From: Styela clava
Taxonomy: Eukaryota
Assembly (NCBI RefSeq): GCF_964204865.1
Contig: NC_135251.1
Span: 17,484,001 to 17,548,000, forward strand
DNA length: 64,000 nt
Direction: 5' to 3'
Part shown: positions 34,229 through 49,641 of the stretch, in pieces
How the letters are laid out: the number at the start of each line of letters is the position of its first letter
How positions within the stretch are numbered: the stretch's first letter is position 1
Notes under the pieces: model-generated
The model's input: the letters and a program-made list of their open reading frames with translations, nothing else
Database searches by the model: none
Told to the model about the DNA's origin: nothing
Translations under genes and position numbers: made by a program

Positions 34229-37200
34229 ATGAAACTCACGTTCATATGGATTATCGCTCACTATATTTTGACGGCGAAATTTACGGCACTTGCTAATATA
34301 AACGACACAGGTACACACTTATTTATTTACATTCAATACTGGTCGATTTTCGCTGGATTTTTGGTGAATTTAATACAAAGGTCATTTAGGCTAATTCCTC
34401 GGTCGATATTTTATTAGACAATCCAATCAATATAACTGAAAATAGTTGAAAATACATTTTATTCTGTGAGCGAAAATTGTATTTTTCATTTTGTTCAGAA
34501 ATACACGAGGTAATCATGATCAAGCCTAGATGTCTTGAAAATGGAACGGTGTTTCACACATTATTTTGCAATAATAAACTAAAATGCAAAGATGGGATTC
34601 CAATACAAGATGTTTATGCTGAGTGGCAAATGTAAGTATATTTCTATTGTATAAATTCTTTCGATCCAAGAATATCAATAATTCAATATCAAAGGATATT
34701 ATATACAAGCAGTCCGAACCCGTTCTTGGAATGTTGTGATATTAAAGCGAACCCCTTCTTGTTTTTACAGCTATAAGTTTGGTTTCCTAAAATTAGGGAA
34801 CCTATACTTTTGGTGAGTTCAATACAAAAAGAAGCTGGTTTCTGAAATTTTAAATCCCATCGTATTGTTCAACCGCCATTATTCGTTCTGCATTCACATA
34901 CCTCCCCATATTGTTCGTTAATTTCCTATCTACAGATTGAAATTTATAGGCTGAATCTGATCTTAAATTAATAATGGAATAACAAACGAATGCTTATGTG
35001 TGAATAAATTATTATATTATATTCGAAGGAATTCTTCAATAAAAATCAGTCAATAGATCTTATTTTTTATTGTCATAATCGTGTATCATAACGTCTCAGA
35101 ATGAGTCAGTTTGTCCGTAGTGTGAGTGAATGCGATCATAACATGCCGTCCGAATCCCTTAATCTGTGTCTGTGGGCAATAATTCATTGTAGTATTAAAC
35201 TATCTTTTATACGTTTTCCATTAACATATTCACATATATATTTTCAATATAAGATGCGAATTGTTGAGGAACAGCAAAACGCAGTATTGTGTGGTAGAAA
35301 GAGATGAAATATGCAAAGAGAAAGTCGTATGTTCAAACATGAATCCATGTGATGCAAGATGTGATTCTCATTATAAATGTCAGGTGAAAGATTCGGACGC
35401 TTTTGTCCCAAAGAGAGATTAGAGAGTCTCTGGTGCTCTCGGAGTTTTCTGAATGTTCTATAAACAGTTTGATCCATGAACTTCGGATAAACTTTGACTT
35501 GTCGTATGGGTACTCGGTTTTGTAACGAAAGCTTTTTTGTTTCACTCCTGGTAAATCTATGTTTAGACATTTAGTTGACCTGTTTAGGGATTAGAGCTAA
35601 AGTTGGTAAACTTAAATTCTTGCGCTCACATGACTACGTCAATACATCAACTACTAAATTGTACAGAATTAAATAAATGCAATCCGGTCGCTTCAAAATT
35701 TCGTACTTTTTAATGTGAAAAATGTATTGTAGAATTCAGAATGCAAGCTTCGTAGCACTGTGTGCAATAAGAATGCTTGTGATGGTTGCACAGAAGAAGA
35801 TCATGAATGGAATAACGGAATCGGATTCAAATGTCGAAGAAATGGCGAGGATTGCGTCTTGCCTCAGCAATTAATTCATGATGACATAGCAGACTGTGAC
35901 GGAGGAGCAGATCTATGTTTTAAAACTCAGATTACTAGGAATGCTAGTTTAAGGTGAGTCGACAATCCATTTTGAACCTGCATTAAAGTATTTGATCTCG
36001 ATATCTCGAATTGCCATTCTTTGCCATTACATCACTTCTCACGTGACACGTGTCTCGCTTGACTCACTTCATTCGCATTGTTCGTTCTGAAATTGACCAT
36101 CTTTGCTGTTGAGATTAAATATAAAACTCTCTTACAGGCAGTATTGTTTTCGTTACATATAAAAGCCCGCGATTTTTGATTTTTTGTTATATGCATATCC
36201 CATTTACTTTTAAGAACATAAAATTTCTTTTTTAATCACATGACTTCTACTCTGCGAATGTGTCGGTAATAAATTTTTTGATCAGAACGATCGATTTGAA
36301 TAATTATTCGGTTATTATGCCATTTGTATGCATAGTTTATTTATTAATATGACATAATATTACCAAAAGTCATTAACTAAATAATAACCAAATTGTGAAA
36401 TATATTCTTACAGGCGCATGTATTTATTTCCTAAAAACTTTGTTACTTTTTGTAGCAATCAAATGTCTCGACATTTGGATATTCCATGTCTGGGATTTTT
36501 CTGAATAAAATTACGAATATATTCGTGCAATACAAATTGACGTTTTATAATAACGTGAAATGGTTCAAATATATCCAAATATTTTAAACACGACACTCAC
36601 AGGATTTACATATTCGTTCACAAAAATATTTTAAAACAATTTTAGGAAATTTTAACATCTAGGTGAAATTATTAGTTGATGGTAATGGTACTATGTCACA
36701 AAAACTAAGAAATGTATAAACTGCTTGACCCAGCGTAGAAATGCAGATCTGAACCGCGACCCGCAAAGTCACGGATCCAAATAAGTGATTATTGATGAAA
36801 AAGTGTAAAATTAGGCTGGCCCTCATTCACAACACATCTGGCACCCACGGCAGGTCAGCAACTATTTGAGGCAATTTCGCAACAGTTCGTTCTTTCCTTG
36901 AATTTAATTAAATTTGAGATTCTCGAATTATCACAGTTCGAATGACTTCGTTTTTCCAATTTGTAGATTGGAATGACATAAAGATAAACTCTTAAGAAAT
37001 TATCGATTGGAAAACAAAATTTAAGTCTTAAATTAATGTCCACAGTAATCTGAAACATAAATGATGCTGGATGGTATAAGTCAGGGGTGGCCCACCTGCT
37101 TTCGTCCGCGATCGACAAAAATCTTCAAAATAGCTCGCGATCGACTGATCGGTAATAAGGTCATACACAAAAACGAACGAGTACTGAATATGCAGATAAC

Positions 37201-40200
37201 TGCACACACGCATACGAAAAATTCAATGCCACTGCTACTTTTGCGCATAAATATTATCACTACACGTTTGTTAGTCAAGACACAAAATGTTCGGCTCGTT
37301 CATTTTAGTCCTTGGTAGCAGCGAAACTTGCATTTGTTACGTAATAAAATGCTCGTTGGGCTTGCATAGAATCAAATACTGTATGTGTATTTTTGCACAT
37401 GTAGAGTACTGTATTCGTCCTGTTTTAAAACACACAGCAGGCGTTGCATAAAATTGGTTCAAGGCAATTTTGGGGGTATGACGTTAAATTTACGAACATC
37501 TGACGCGATCGAGCACTCGAAACGGGGAGATCGACCCGTCGATCGCGATCGACGTGTTGGCCACAACTGGTATAAGTGATATTAATGAAGTTGAAAGTCG
37601 AAAATATGATTTTCTCGGAGTATAATTTCCTATCAAACACTCTTGAAATCAGGAACAAGAACATGGTTGTCCAAATCCCTGCCCGCGGGCCACGTGTGAC
37701 TTGAAGCATCATCATCTGTGACTCGAGTCGCATTTGCTGGAAGATAATAACAAAAATCGCATTTTGGTATTGTTACATCACTAGCTGAGACACTCGGCAA
37801 AGTTGAATAGTGCGCTTGACTGATCTAAACTGTTAACTAGTTTTCTATATCTTCATCGGGAATATACGCTAACAATATAGGCTTCATAAAAAACTAAATA
37901 TCGGATGGGGTATCTATTACCCTATTGGTTGGCTATACCTACTGAAAGCTGTTTCTGCCTAACAATACACTCCGTGCCGCGCTGTCTTTTTCAACCAGTC
38001 TGAACAATAACACAAAAACTGCTGCATATATGTCGGAAAATTTGTAATTACCCTCCTGTACTTTACATCTGGCATAATTTAGTTATTTTGTAACATGAGT
38101 TTGGTGAAAAAGCTGACCAATTCATTAGATTTTTAACTGGATATGGGATGTAAAATACCACAATGCTTTTGTCTGCATGTTCTGTTGTTGCCAAAACATA
38201 TATAACCAAAATGGCATTTTGGAATCTTGTGAGCAATGAGCATTTTCCAAAGTTGAGGGATTTGGCTTTGAGAATATCGATGTTCAAAAGTAATTTCTTT
38301 GCAAGAGCACTTTCTTCGAGACTGAAATCTAGTTGATATAGAAAGATTTTTGCACGCGTTAGTGAGTTTTTTGGTGTTTTTCACGTGCTAGTGAGTTTTG
38401 GTGGTTTTTGCTCGTTTCGGCGAGTTGTTTGGTGTTTTTATGCATGTTTTCGCTTAAATCAATGACAAAGATTATCAATTTGTATGAACAATAATTGTTT
38501 CTGTTTTATATTCTTGACAATACTGTCGCCCGCAAATGAATTTTAGTGCTATTCATTTTGTACTTCTCAAAAAGTAAAAAGTGAGAAAAGTTTTCAAGTT
38601 AAATAGTAGGAATACTTCCTACGTAACGTTATAATTATTACCAAGATAAATGTGGGCTAAAACATGACAACGTAACAGTTAATATTATGATTAATTTGCA
38701 GTTGTGAGAAACTAGTCCTTTTTCGTAGTAGTACTTGACATTAGAATAGTTTTGACTGGAAGGATTTCAAACTGTTGCCTTTGGCTTCTTTTCACCTGTC
38801 TTGCTTACAATACCAGTGACAAAATACAGGGAAGTAAAAGATCAGTATTATATTTTTGCGGAAAAGATGCTCCAGCAAGTTCCTCGTTAATGCAAAAATC
38901 GTTTATTCCTAAATGACATTTAAAACATACTTGACAGGAGTCCTGAGTGAAATATCAAGAAACGGACAATATTATAATGAACCTATGATCATTATGTAAA
39001 GCACAATTTTTTTAATAATTTAGAACAGAGCTACAACATCGCGGAGATCTCGATCTTTCTAAGTGTTTCATGTGCTTGAATGACGTCACTGTGATTGCTT
39101 CAACAAGTGTATGTGACGGAATAATAGATTGTCCAGATCTATCTGACGAATGTCTTTGTGATAAAAGTCGACCTAGCATTTGTGAACAAGTGATTTCATA
39201 TGATGAAAATGTGAGAAAATGCTGTTTTTAGTTTGTATGCGGGGTTTAGGGACACAGTACGCCGCATGATACTTATCTATGCCATCAATACTGTAAAATT
39301 GTTTGCATTTGTACTTGGCTAACTATATTCAATTAGCGTACTTAAACGTCGCATTTTAAAATCTAATAAACGTTTTATTCGTTACTGTATGTTAAATTGT
39401 ATAATTTATTGTTATTTACAGGGATTTCTTTCCATAACTATGGTTGCTCCACCAACTACAGAGACCGGACTTACTATGACATGGTATGTATTGCCACTAA
39501 CTATGAGTGCTCTCGGGTATTTATATTAGATTTATATTCTAAAATTCCGAGTACAAGAGTAATTATTGACAAAACTTCCCATTTAAAAAGCATATTCATT
39601 GTACTATTGACAACAAATGACTTCAGGGCAAAACATAATTGCCCATACAGCATAGTTTCTTACGTCTTAAAGTAACCTTACTGTTTACCTCCCCAATGGC
39701 GCCAGTTCGTTTTAGCAATTACCCGATCTGCAACCTGTGGGTAAGACATCCCATTGCAGTTTTACTTGCCGCAGAATTATATTACCATACATTTTATGGG
39801 TTCAGTCTATTCTAGAACTTAAAAGAGATGTCACTAAATTTATATTAAATTTAATGGTGTATGATATCCATATCCCCAAGACCGAAATCCCGAACAATTT
39901 TTAATAAAATTTTAAATACCAATTTTGGATACTTAAAGCTCGGCTTGGAAAGCACTAAATGAAGATTGTCAGATTTAACAAGCAATACCAAGCTTTTCAT
40001 TCTAAATTAGCTTTCGAGAGTTGCAATATTGGTTGTTGCTGTCGTTTAAATCGCACATCTTAAAGTTGCATGTACCAATATCGAAAATAACGTAGCGGTA
40101 AATAAATTCAAGATAAATTGACTAAAATTTCTTTGATTCACCTCAAATGCTGCGCATGGTGAAAATGGCATGTTCCAAGTTGAAATTATAATTCTGAAAC

Positions 40201-43200
40201 ATCCGGGTTACCAGCCATAGAAAAATAGCGTTGAGTAACAATGTTAATTAAACCATAGACTTTTAATAGGATACTTTTTTTTACCAGATATCACTTAATA
40301 CCTTTCAGTCAATCTTCATCTATAGAGTGCTGGAACAAATATTGAAAGGAAATTTATTAGTCCCATCACTTATTCCACTTTCTTTCATTAAGGTTTTCAA
40401 GCGGAAAATACACAGATTGTAATGTTGGTAACGTGATTTGCGCAGGGGGATATTGCATCAATCCAGAGTCAGTTTGTGACGGTACAATAGACTGTCGAGA
40501 TGATGAAAGGTATAAACGCATATAAATTTATTTTGGTTTAATATTTCTTTGCGTCAATAACCACTTTTATCTGTATATAAATTATTTTCATGTTTAGATA
40601 CGACTTTTGCCGCGGAACTGTACCTTGTTCCAGCGCCATAAAATACGAAAAGAAATGCAGGTAGTTTAAACAATTGGGTATATCAGTATGATGAATTATT
40701 TTTTTGAATAGAAACTAGTTGAATAAACAGTGAATTTGTGAGCGATCTTTGTACATTACCCGCTCGAACTTTATGACAGGTTCAAGTTCAGCGGGGATAA
40801 ATATGTGCTGGACTCTTCACCGCTGGTGGGTCGTCACGTAACCGTAAACTAATACTATACGCGGCATGGCCTGGTAACCGGTAGAGAAACCGTGGTTTGC
40901 CATATGATTAAGCCGACTCATCCATTTCCTCTTCTCTGTGATAAACATAAAAAATCTCCTGTTAGAATACCCTAAAGAATTATCATGAGTACAGGGTGTG
41001 CTAGATTTGCTATCGCGTTGGTAAGGTGCGACACCAACCACAAGGCTGATTATTTTATCACTTAGTTACTGGACTAATCTGCGAGTTAGAATCAATAGTT
41101 TTATTTTTATCGTTTTTCTCTTTTGAGAGATGAATGGGAAATGGTGTCCCACATTAAAATCGCAATACTAATTCCATAACAATATCTTTATTCAGATGTT
41201 CTCGCGGTAGTCACACTTGTGTAAATATTCATGGAGTAGCTTGTGACAGTGTGGCAGATTGCCATATTGCGCCACCTTCTTGGGGTTCTATTGTTTCTGC
41301 ACCTCAAAATTCGTTTCCTGATGATGAGTGCGAAGCTAGCTGCTTTGAAACCTTTACAAATTTCACGTGTCTTCCTGAATCAATACAAATGGTAGGGGTT
41401 CCAGAGGCATATATCTCATGCGAACTTCATTTGGAATTGGATGCCAACAAAAGTATAATAATAACCAAGGTAAGCATCGATTTTTGAAGTATATATTACT
41501 TGGTTACTTTGTTTGAAAGATGAGATATTTAATGCAATTTACTCACCAGATATTGCTATATTGCTGTCAATATCAGAACCGATAACCGGTGAAGATGTAA
41601 CTGATACCCCGGTTATATGGATTCGAGTGAGCGGGAATCCTATTCATCAACAAATGTCTTTCATTTTATTAAATAACTATGGTATAGTATAGACTATAGA
41701 GTCTGAATATTTATTTTTGTATGTAAAATATTTTGTTCTGTTGTTTAGCGTCTGGAATGGAAGTTCGTCTGTGATGGAACTATACATTGTCCACAGGGCG
41801 AGGACGAAAATAATTGTGATAGATTTTTGTGTGATGGGAAAGAGGAAGGTGTTATAAGTATAGAGTATGACGAGGCACGACAATTTATTTCATTGTGTTA
41901 CTAAACATTGATTTACTTTACGCCATATTCGTCTTTTGTCCAAATCTTTGCAATACATAACTTCATTCCCTATTGTAAACATAGATTTTCTAAACAGTCA
42001 TTTTCAGAGTGTTATATCAAGCCATATTTCAATAATTACTGTACACGAAATGAACCTATACTTCGTTTTGTTATAATGTTGTTGTTCTTGGTATTCTTTT
42101 CTTGTTGTTAAAACAAAAATCGTTTTTATTATTCGAATACTGGACCAATTGCATTGAAATTTAGTGGTTAAAGATTGTGATTGTCGCAGAAGGCTATTAC
42201 TTTTATTCGTTTCAAAAATTTCTGTGGCAACTATGGGATTCGTTTCTCCTTGGGTGATGACGTCTTCAAAATTAAAAACTGTCCACCGTGTGGCGGTTTA
42301 GCGGTCAGTCGAAGAGGGGTAGAGTTCTGCATCACATACCATTTAGGGGTATATTTTGCCATGGAGTCCAATTGCTCAAATCTTACCCATTTTATTTTGT
42401 TTTAAAGTCGATCTGTAATATTTCTGAATCAAAATTGTTGTGAAAGGAAAATGTAGAATTATATTTTTAGAGTGACATATGTTGCATCTTTTTTGTAAAA
42501 TTTTATCATAAATCATATTTTTAAAACATTTAACTGTTATATAAATTCTTTTCGATTCCAAACCGGATTGTTTCAAATTTCCACCGTAAATCGTTGCAAA
42601 AATCAAATTTAAACGGCTCGGTTTTATAGCCAGAGAAAATTTGAATTCGCTTTATATAAATCATTACACATGCAAAATTACGCGTTTACAAGTTAAACAA
42701 CTCATGTAGTAAATTAATGATAATTCATTTGAGCAACGATTTCATATTATTTTAGGTATGTGATGGATTTGAACATTGTAAAAATGGTTCAGATGAATCG
42801 ATAGAACTTTGTGCGGAAAAGAGATTTCATTGTCCTGCACTTGGAGGAAAAAAGGTTAATAAAATATCGCAGTATTACATTTTCATAGTATTTTGATTAA
42901 AACCAAACAAAACTTTCAACATATCGTTTTGGCAGTAAACCTAAGTTGACTTAGGCGATTTTTCGTGAAGAATTTTCAATTCTATAATTTAGATCCTGTT
43001 TTACAGCGATTTATGTGTTAGCTTGCCACTGATAACGCCGAAATATCATTCATCGACATTAAATCTAAATAACATGATTTATAATCAAACTTATTCGTGT
43101 CAGATATAGGGAGTACAAAATCTGACATAAAACCTTCATATCAGACGTGGTGCATTTCAATAACGCATTTAAGGCCACTTTGTCTTTGGGTCGAATCATT

Positions 43201-46200
43201 TCATGCATGACTAAAGTTCCGCTACTATGTTGTTACCGCCATAAACACCTACAGCGCCACTGCTTTCTATCCAAAAGGAATTATGGAGCAATGAAAACCT
43301 GATATTGTTAACTTAAGAACTAATGTTTGACTAATCCCCTTGGACAGTTATATTTACTTAACATTTTTTTGTAACAAGTTTTTATTGTTGTTACTATTTT
43401 AATATAACCATCACCATTGGATTGTGTACCCATCGTCTGTTGTTTATGTCCAACTAATTTTATTAAAATATTATATTCGAAGGTTAGCATCGATTTTGGA
43501 TTGAAATGCGATTTTTTGATAGCTTGTGATGACGAAACAGACGAAATGGACTGTACTGATGGACGATTTTACTGTGAAAATAAAAAGCCATTATTTGTTC
43601 TGGCAAAGCAGGTAAATATCATCTATAATATGAAAAGCTTCAGATTAACGCGACGTTACTTAGATGTCAGTGGATTACCGTTGGCACAGAACTTGAAGCA
43701 CTCGACTCCACAATGCCAGGAAAATTTAAATTAATTATTGCAGAATTTGCGTCAGTAATTAGCTGATATAGTATCCGTTATATATTTGTTAGGACACTGT
43801 AAGTTTATTTTATATTCCGGCTGTAGCAAATAAGTTTTTCAAGAGCATTATTCATATTTGGTGCATGCATTTTCAGAAATTTGATGGTCGTGGTGACTGC
43901 ACAGATTGGAGTGATGAATGTCCAACAATTGACCAATCAACTTCAACAGATGGTTTTTCGTCAAGATATGAACTCATTGCAAATCCTATATTACGAGCTG
44001 TTGTGTGGATCATGGGGTTGTTATCTCTTGGTGGAAATGGGGTATGCAGTTATCTATATATATATATATATATGTGAAAATAATTAGGAGAACAATAAGG
44101 AACATAAAATTAACCACAACCAAACACAAATTGATCACTAAATAAATTGCACTCGCGAAGTTGTAGAACTCGCAACAGTCGCAAGTACATACTTCAGTTC
44201 AGTTCGCTAATTATCGAAATCAATTAAGATTAGAATTCTTGAAGTATTTAGTATTATTTTAGTAAACAATTCCATTTTGATTTTTCTCGTTGTCTAGGTT
44301 GTTATTTTTCATGAAGCAAGAAGACTGAGGAATAGCAACAGAAAATTGACAGCCATCGTAATAGCAAATAGATTGCTGATTTTAAACCTGGCCTTCTCTG
44401 ACGTCATCATGGGAATATATCTTCTATCGCTTGGGATTGCTGGCCTCGCCATGCAGGTATGAAAACACTTTCCCATTACTAAACCAAATAAAGTCTTTAC
44501 CTTAATGGGATATGTCTCATCAAGTATTATCTGATATTATCGATATTTAATTTACAGGGCGTATACTGTTCTAGAGACTTAATTTGGAGATCAAGTGCAG
44601 CATGCACGACATTGGGAATTTTATCGGTTATTTCAAGTGAAACTTCGGTTATAACAATGGTTCTGCTGACTAGCTGTCGGCTTTACGCAATTTTTCAAGT
44701 GAGCATTATAATCTTCTTATGATTTATTCAGATATGAATTAGACTCGGAGAAATCCAATGTTATCCGAAATCAGATTTAAGGATGTTCTAAGTTGACTAA
44801 TTACTGCATTTTATTCATTTCTAGCCATTCAAATCATCTCGTCACCCCAAAAAGAAAACAGTGTCTTTGATGATCATGATAGCTTGGACGATATCATTTT
44901 TAATCGCCATACTACCGCTTTCTCCACATTTGTCTGGAATGTTTGTCAGTCATGCAGAATTTGAATATTCTCCATACTCTTCAAACGCAACAGTCACATT
45001 GGATGAGACTAAATCACTTTTTACAAGGCTGTTGACATATGATCTCAAGACCAACATGACGTTTCCAGGTAAGTTGCCTTGTTAATCCGCCGAGAGAACA
45101 AGCTTACCTTTGGTATTTGAAGCTAATACTGTCACAGGTTAACATGGAAAAGAGGTTTTGAAGTATACTAATCTATACGGATTTTTTTCTTCAAGAGACA
45201 AATATTTAATGTCATACATGGGTGATCTCATATGATAAGCAATTCATTCACATGACATTTCTTCTCCCAATTTAGTACGAAGTTGTGTAAAATATACACT
45301 GTATATTGTGCCCTGATCAAATCTCGTCTGGTATTACGTTTTCTTGCGGACTTGTATAACAATTTTGATATAACAAATTCCTTTTTTGTGAATTTCGGTA
45401 TCAGATATTGAAGGCATCGTCCATCTCTGCAATGGTTGGTAGTACCTCCAATTTTTAATTTAAAAATCTTTAATAAAAATTATATGTGTGGAGTTAAACT
45501 TGCCAATTTTATTCAACTATCATTAGAATGTCGATTTACACTTTTTGCGAGAGAGCTTGTAAGTTGAGAGCTTGTATTTGAATTTAGTAGCTTTTGTGTA
45601 TCAATAAAACAGCATTTTCATGAAAATCTTTTTTTTTTATGACAGATAAATTTTCAATGAACAATTTCCAGTCATGGCAAGACATTGAATCGGAATCCAC
45701 CAAATATTTTCTTCATGAACATTTCAAGATTCAAAAGAAGTTTGGGTAAATACGTTGTTGATTTCTCATTCCCGTATGTAATCTGTTCCTCATCAACCAA
45801 CGCAAAAATCGGCTTTTACGAACGTGACATTCAAGTGAAAAAGAAATCAAATAGTTAGTTTCTCTTTTCTTATTTCACTTTCGATGTTCCACCTACTTTA
45901 TTTATATGGAAGCGTTACTCTTACTCATCGTAATCATATATAATATTATTATATGATATTTCAGGTTTATTTAGAGAACTTGTGACATATTTACATGTTA
46001 ATATCTGTAGGAGCGTATGTAAATAATTAAGTTTCATGTGTATTTTAAACTTCAGATTTTCCCCGGATCAAATCTGTTGACGTGAATATTTCTCTTTCTC
46101 TTTTATACGATTGCCTCAATTGTACTGACAACTTAGAAGTAGTAAGCTACTAAAATTTGAAATGATCAGACTTTTCCTGATCCGACATAGCCTATCAAAT

Positions 46201-47156
46201 TTGCTACAGCGTGGGTCTTGAAGCCGAGAGCTTTGGCACGAATTACCTATACCCATTAGAAAAGCTCACTACAACCACAGACCCAATGCCTGCACAAGTT
46301 GTTTTTTACGATTTCCAACGTTTTTAGCCCGAGCATAGGTATGTTTGCCTGGAAAGAATTACCCATGTTATGAAGAAGAAATTTCTAATATCCGACCTCT
46401 TTGCAAACAGTTTTCACAAATTTTGTTTGCCAACAATTCGATGGACCATATCAATTGCTTTTGCTCCATTTGGCAATCACTTCCTGGCGTTTATTGTACC
46501 AAATACATGATTTGAGACATCGAATAATTGGGATACCAAATAATTTTGTCTTTTATCCTGTCACTTTTCTAGATATTATAGTGTCGACAGCGTTTGCATT
46601 CCAAAATTTTTCGTAACCAAAGATGATCCGGCTTGGCCTTTTTCTTTCTTTGTTAACCTTTTCAACTTTTGTGCGTTCGTCTTCGTGGCATCATCTTACG
46701 TTGCAATTTATATCAAATCAAGAGAAGGGTCAAAGTTCAGAAGAACTGCATCACGTGCGGAGAAAGACGATGGAAATAGATGTATGCTTTCAGGTTTCTT
46801 TTCATTTGGTTGTTCATATCAAACCTTCTTATTGATTTTTTTACTATTTTTCAGCCTTGCAACGAAAAATTCTCCGACTCATCATAACTGACTTCTGTTG
46901 TTGGATACCAATCTGTATCCTGGCCTTCTGTAAACTAGGAGGAGCAAATGTTTCAAATACTGCATATGTCGTGGCAGCAATAGTGCTTCTACCGATTAAC
47001 AGTGCACTGAATCCAGTTCTGTATTCAGACCTGCCAGATGCTTTATATAAAAAACTAAGCGAAAAATTGCATGGAATTGTGAACTTGCCAAGTTCTCATT
47101 CTACCATGTCGACCGCGGTGAATGGACGAACAGACATAGAAGAAAGCAAATTGTAA
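34229..47156 (+). CDS. Multi-LDLa, LRR-less RXFP/LGR-like GPCR, copy C (19 exons, ~980 aa)
   Basis: Exons 34229-34310, 34499-34631, 35254-35383, 35733-35953, 39024-39210, 39422-39483, 40393-40509, 40598-40660, 41196-41469, 41749-41874 (GC donor), 42756-42854, 43483-43611, 43877-44041, 44298-44456, 44558-44698, 44825-45068, 45646-45745, 46573-46781, 46855-47156. Sum is 2943 nt, same phases as B. Confidence 0.88.
37082..37569. mobile_element. hAT-type MITE in gene C intron 4
   Basis: Ends CAGGGGTGGCCCAC / GTTGGCCACAACTG with CGATCGAC subterminal repeats. Perfect 8-bp TSD GTATAAGT. Empty site in B at ~15265. Confidence 0.85.
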
Positions 47157-48811
47157 AATCACTGCTGGTGTTATCTGTAATGGATTCAAAACGCAGACAT
47201 GAAAGCCAGTGCATGAACAGCAACGTTTATTGTTAGGCAACTGATTTTGCCATAGATATTTTTATTCAGATGATATTATTTTGCACGTTATTGCTTTTTT
47301 TCTTACAAACTTGAACCACGGATCTCTCGTGGATCCTGTATCTTCACTTGATAGCATATACATCTACCTCTACTTTTAATAATTAATTCTCTGCTAGGCT
47401 CTATGACCAACAACCGAATGGTCTTATTCGGCAGAACATTGTTACCTCAAAACATTGACGATTCACTATATTACACGGTGTGAAAAATTTGATTGGCAAG
47501 TGAGGATCCATATGATTGGGGGTATCGTATCTGCTATGAATTAAAAAAGTTTGGCAAGTAGTTGAGCAGAAAATGGAAATGTTGTGCAGAATTTGGTACG
47601 AGGTAAATCGCAGGCGATACATAAGATATTCTAACAAATCTTAATAGTAACAAGTTCTCTCAAAACAAAGATTTGGTTTTACTCATTCAAGTTCACGCAT
47701 GCCTTCAGCCAAAGTCACCAAATCAATAAACAATAAATTTTTGAGCACTCATTGAGAAACATTCTGAATTTTCTTTTTCATAGAATCCATCCTCTAGGAC
47801 TGGTTTTCTCGTTCACGACGCCAGCATACTGGTAAACTTAGCTTTTCCCTGTTGCCAGGTCATATTTGAAATGATATATTTCATTCCCTCCTATTCCGCG
47901 TAATGCTCGACCATATGTATCGTTCTTGATCGAATCACAAGACAACTAGAACAGTATTATACATTAGAGTTAGACGATAGAAAAAAAATTAAGTGGTGTA
48001 GTCTTCACGCAGTGATACGAATTTTCAAAGGCAAAATAAAAATATTTTGCAACTTCTTTATATCCTACCGTGGTTATGATTTGAATTTTTCTTTATTCTT
48101 TAGAAATTTCAATATCCTACTAAATTAAATAAATCCCAATTTCCTAAGTTTTTTTGATAATCTCATTCCTATCATAAACTATGGAGCAGCGATGTCTAGT
48201 CCGCGGGAGGATTTGCTAGCGAATCTCATATACCTTATAATGAAATTTAAGAGTAAATCTAAGCCTGCAAAGCTAAGGTAAATGCAAAACCCTTCTTGTA
48301 TTTGTATCTTCGCGACGCACTATCATACAAAAATCCCGCAATCGAAGCATATTATGAGCTTGATGGCACACAAACAAAGGTTCTGTTAGGCATACGTCTA
48401 GAGAACAACAAGGAGAGACGCAATTCGACAATTACAAAAAAATTACGGAAACGTATTTTTTATTCAAGTTAACGACATGGCCGTTTGTTTTTAATACTTC
48501 ATAAATCTCTATTGGCCTTCAAGTGTTAGATATTTGAAAAAAAAATTGGAGTTCACGCGCAATAAATGTACGGGAAAAAGGCGCCGGAAAGCGAAAAGTT
48601 TATTTACTATCGCTAAAAGGCGTTTTGAAGGAGCACCAAAATGCTTTACTTAGTCCTACCTATTACAAATATCGAGGACTAACTGCTAGTTTGAATCTTT
48701 TTTTTTTCTAAAAATAGTCATATAACACTGACCAATTACGAAGGACAGCATCAAAGGTTCCAGTCGATAATAAACAAGAGAGCAATGCTGAAATATATTG
48801 ACACGCAATTC

Positions 48812-48924
48812 GGACCTCCTGAAGTATGCGCACGCGCAGGATGTCGCATAACCTGAACCCTAACCTGGTACACAACCTGAGTTCAGGTTGTGCGCCATCT
48901 TGGTGCGCATACTTCAGGAGCACC
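48812..48924. mobile_element. Palindromic MITE, paralog of 27152-27261 with inverted core
   Basis: Same TSD CGCAATTC and same outer ends. The internal segment is the reverse complement of the unit-1 copy. Confidence 0.7.
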
Positions 48925-49641
48925 CGCAATTCTATAAAAATCATATGCGGTAACTTACCAGTACTTGTATCGGTGTACCGTGACGATACAGGAACTGTCA
49001 TAGCTTTTTTAGGTTCTGTGACGATGATCAGTTCCTCATAATTCAGTTTCAACATCATTACGTGATCCGAGTAACTTCTGTATTAACATATCAGGTACAG
49101 CAGTCAACCATTTTCAATAACAAAGACGTCTCGAAGTCATGTGCGTTAATTTTCAGCACCTAGATAAGTATAAGTATGAGTATAACTAGATTTTCCCGCT
49201 AAAGAACCATACACAAAACACAAAAGATTGGGAAAATCAGGGAAAGTGGCAAAACCTTTATAAAGGTTTAATACATGTAAATATACATGCGCCAGTTTAC
49301 CCACAATTAACACACAAACATATATCCAAATGAAAAAGACACGAACGGGTATCGATCGGGCGTCAAACTTCTATAACATAAGCACTCGGTGGGTCCCAAT
49401 TATTAATAAATACACTTTGATAGGATGGAATGCATGGCTATGGTATGTGTATCACAACAGTGCTTTTTTTCTACTAAAATACGGAATAAAAAACACTCGT
49501 TGTCGCAAAATGGTGACGTTGTAGTTCAATTTCATTGCAAAAATAACACAGCGACAAAAGATTGTTACTAAAAAATCAAGCTTCGTAAATAGATTGAATG
49601 TTTGGCGTATCGAGTTCGTTTTGGATTAGTTCGATTTAAAA

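Larger units (their letters stand above)
27465..49118 (+). repeat. Tandem segmental duplication, unit 2
   Basis: Begins with sequence matching a gene A intron (TGTAAACTGTGTGAACACCATTATG, cf. 5729) directly after the B 3' flank. Homology to unit 1 ends at AACCATTTTCAAT (49118). Confidence 0.9.

Noticed and set aside
150-49058. Most six-frame ORFs as standalone genes (e.g. 6406-6744, 25187-25480, 27023-27247, 48708-49058)
   Set aside because: They are antisense shadows of real exons, exon-plus-intron read-throughs or chance frames across MITEs.
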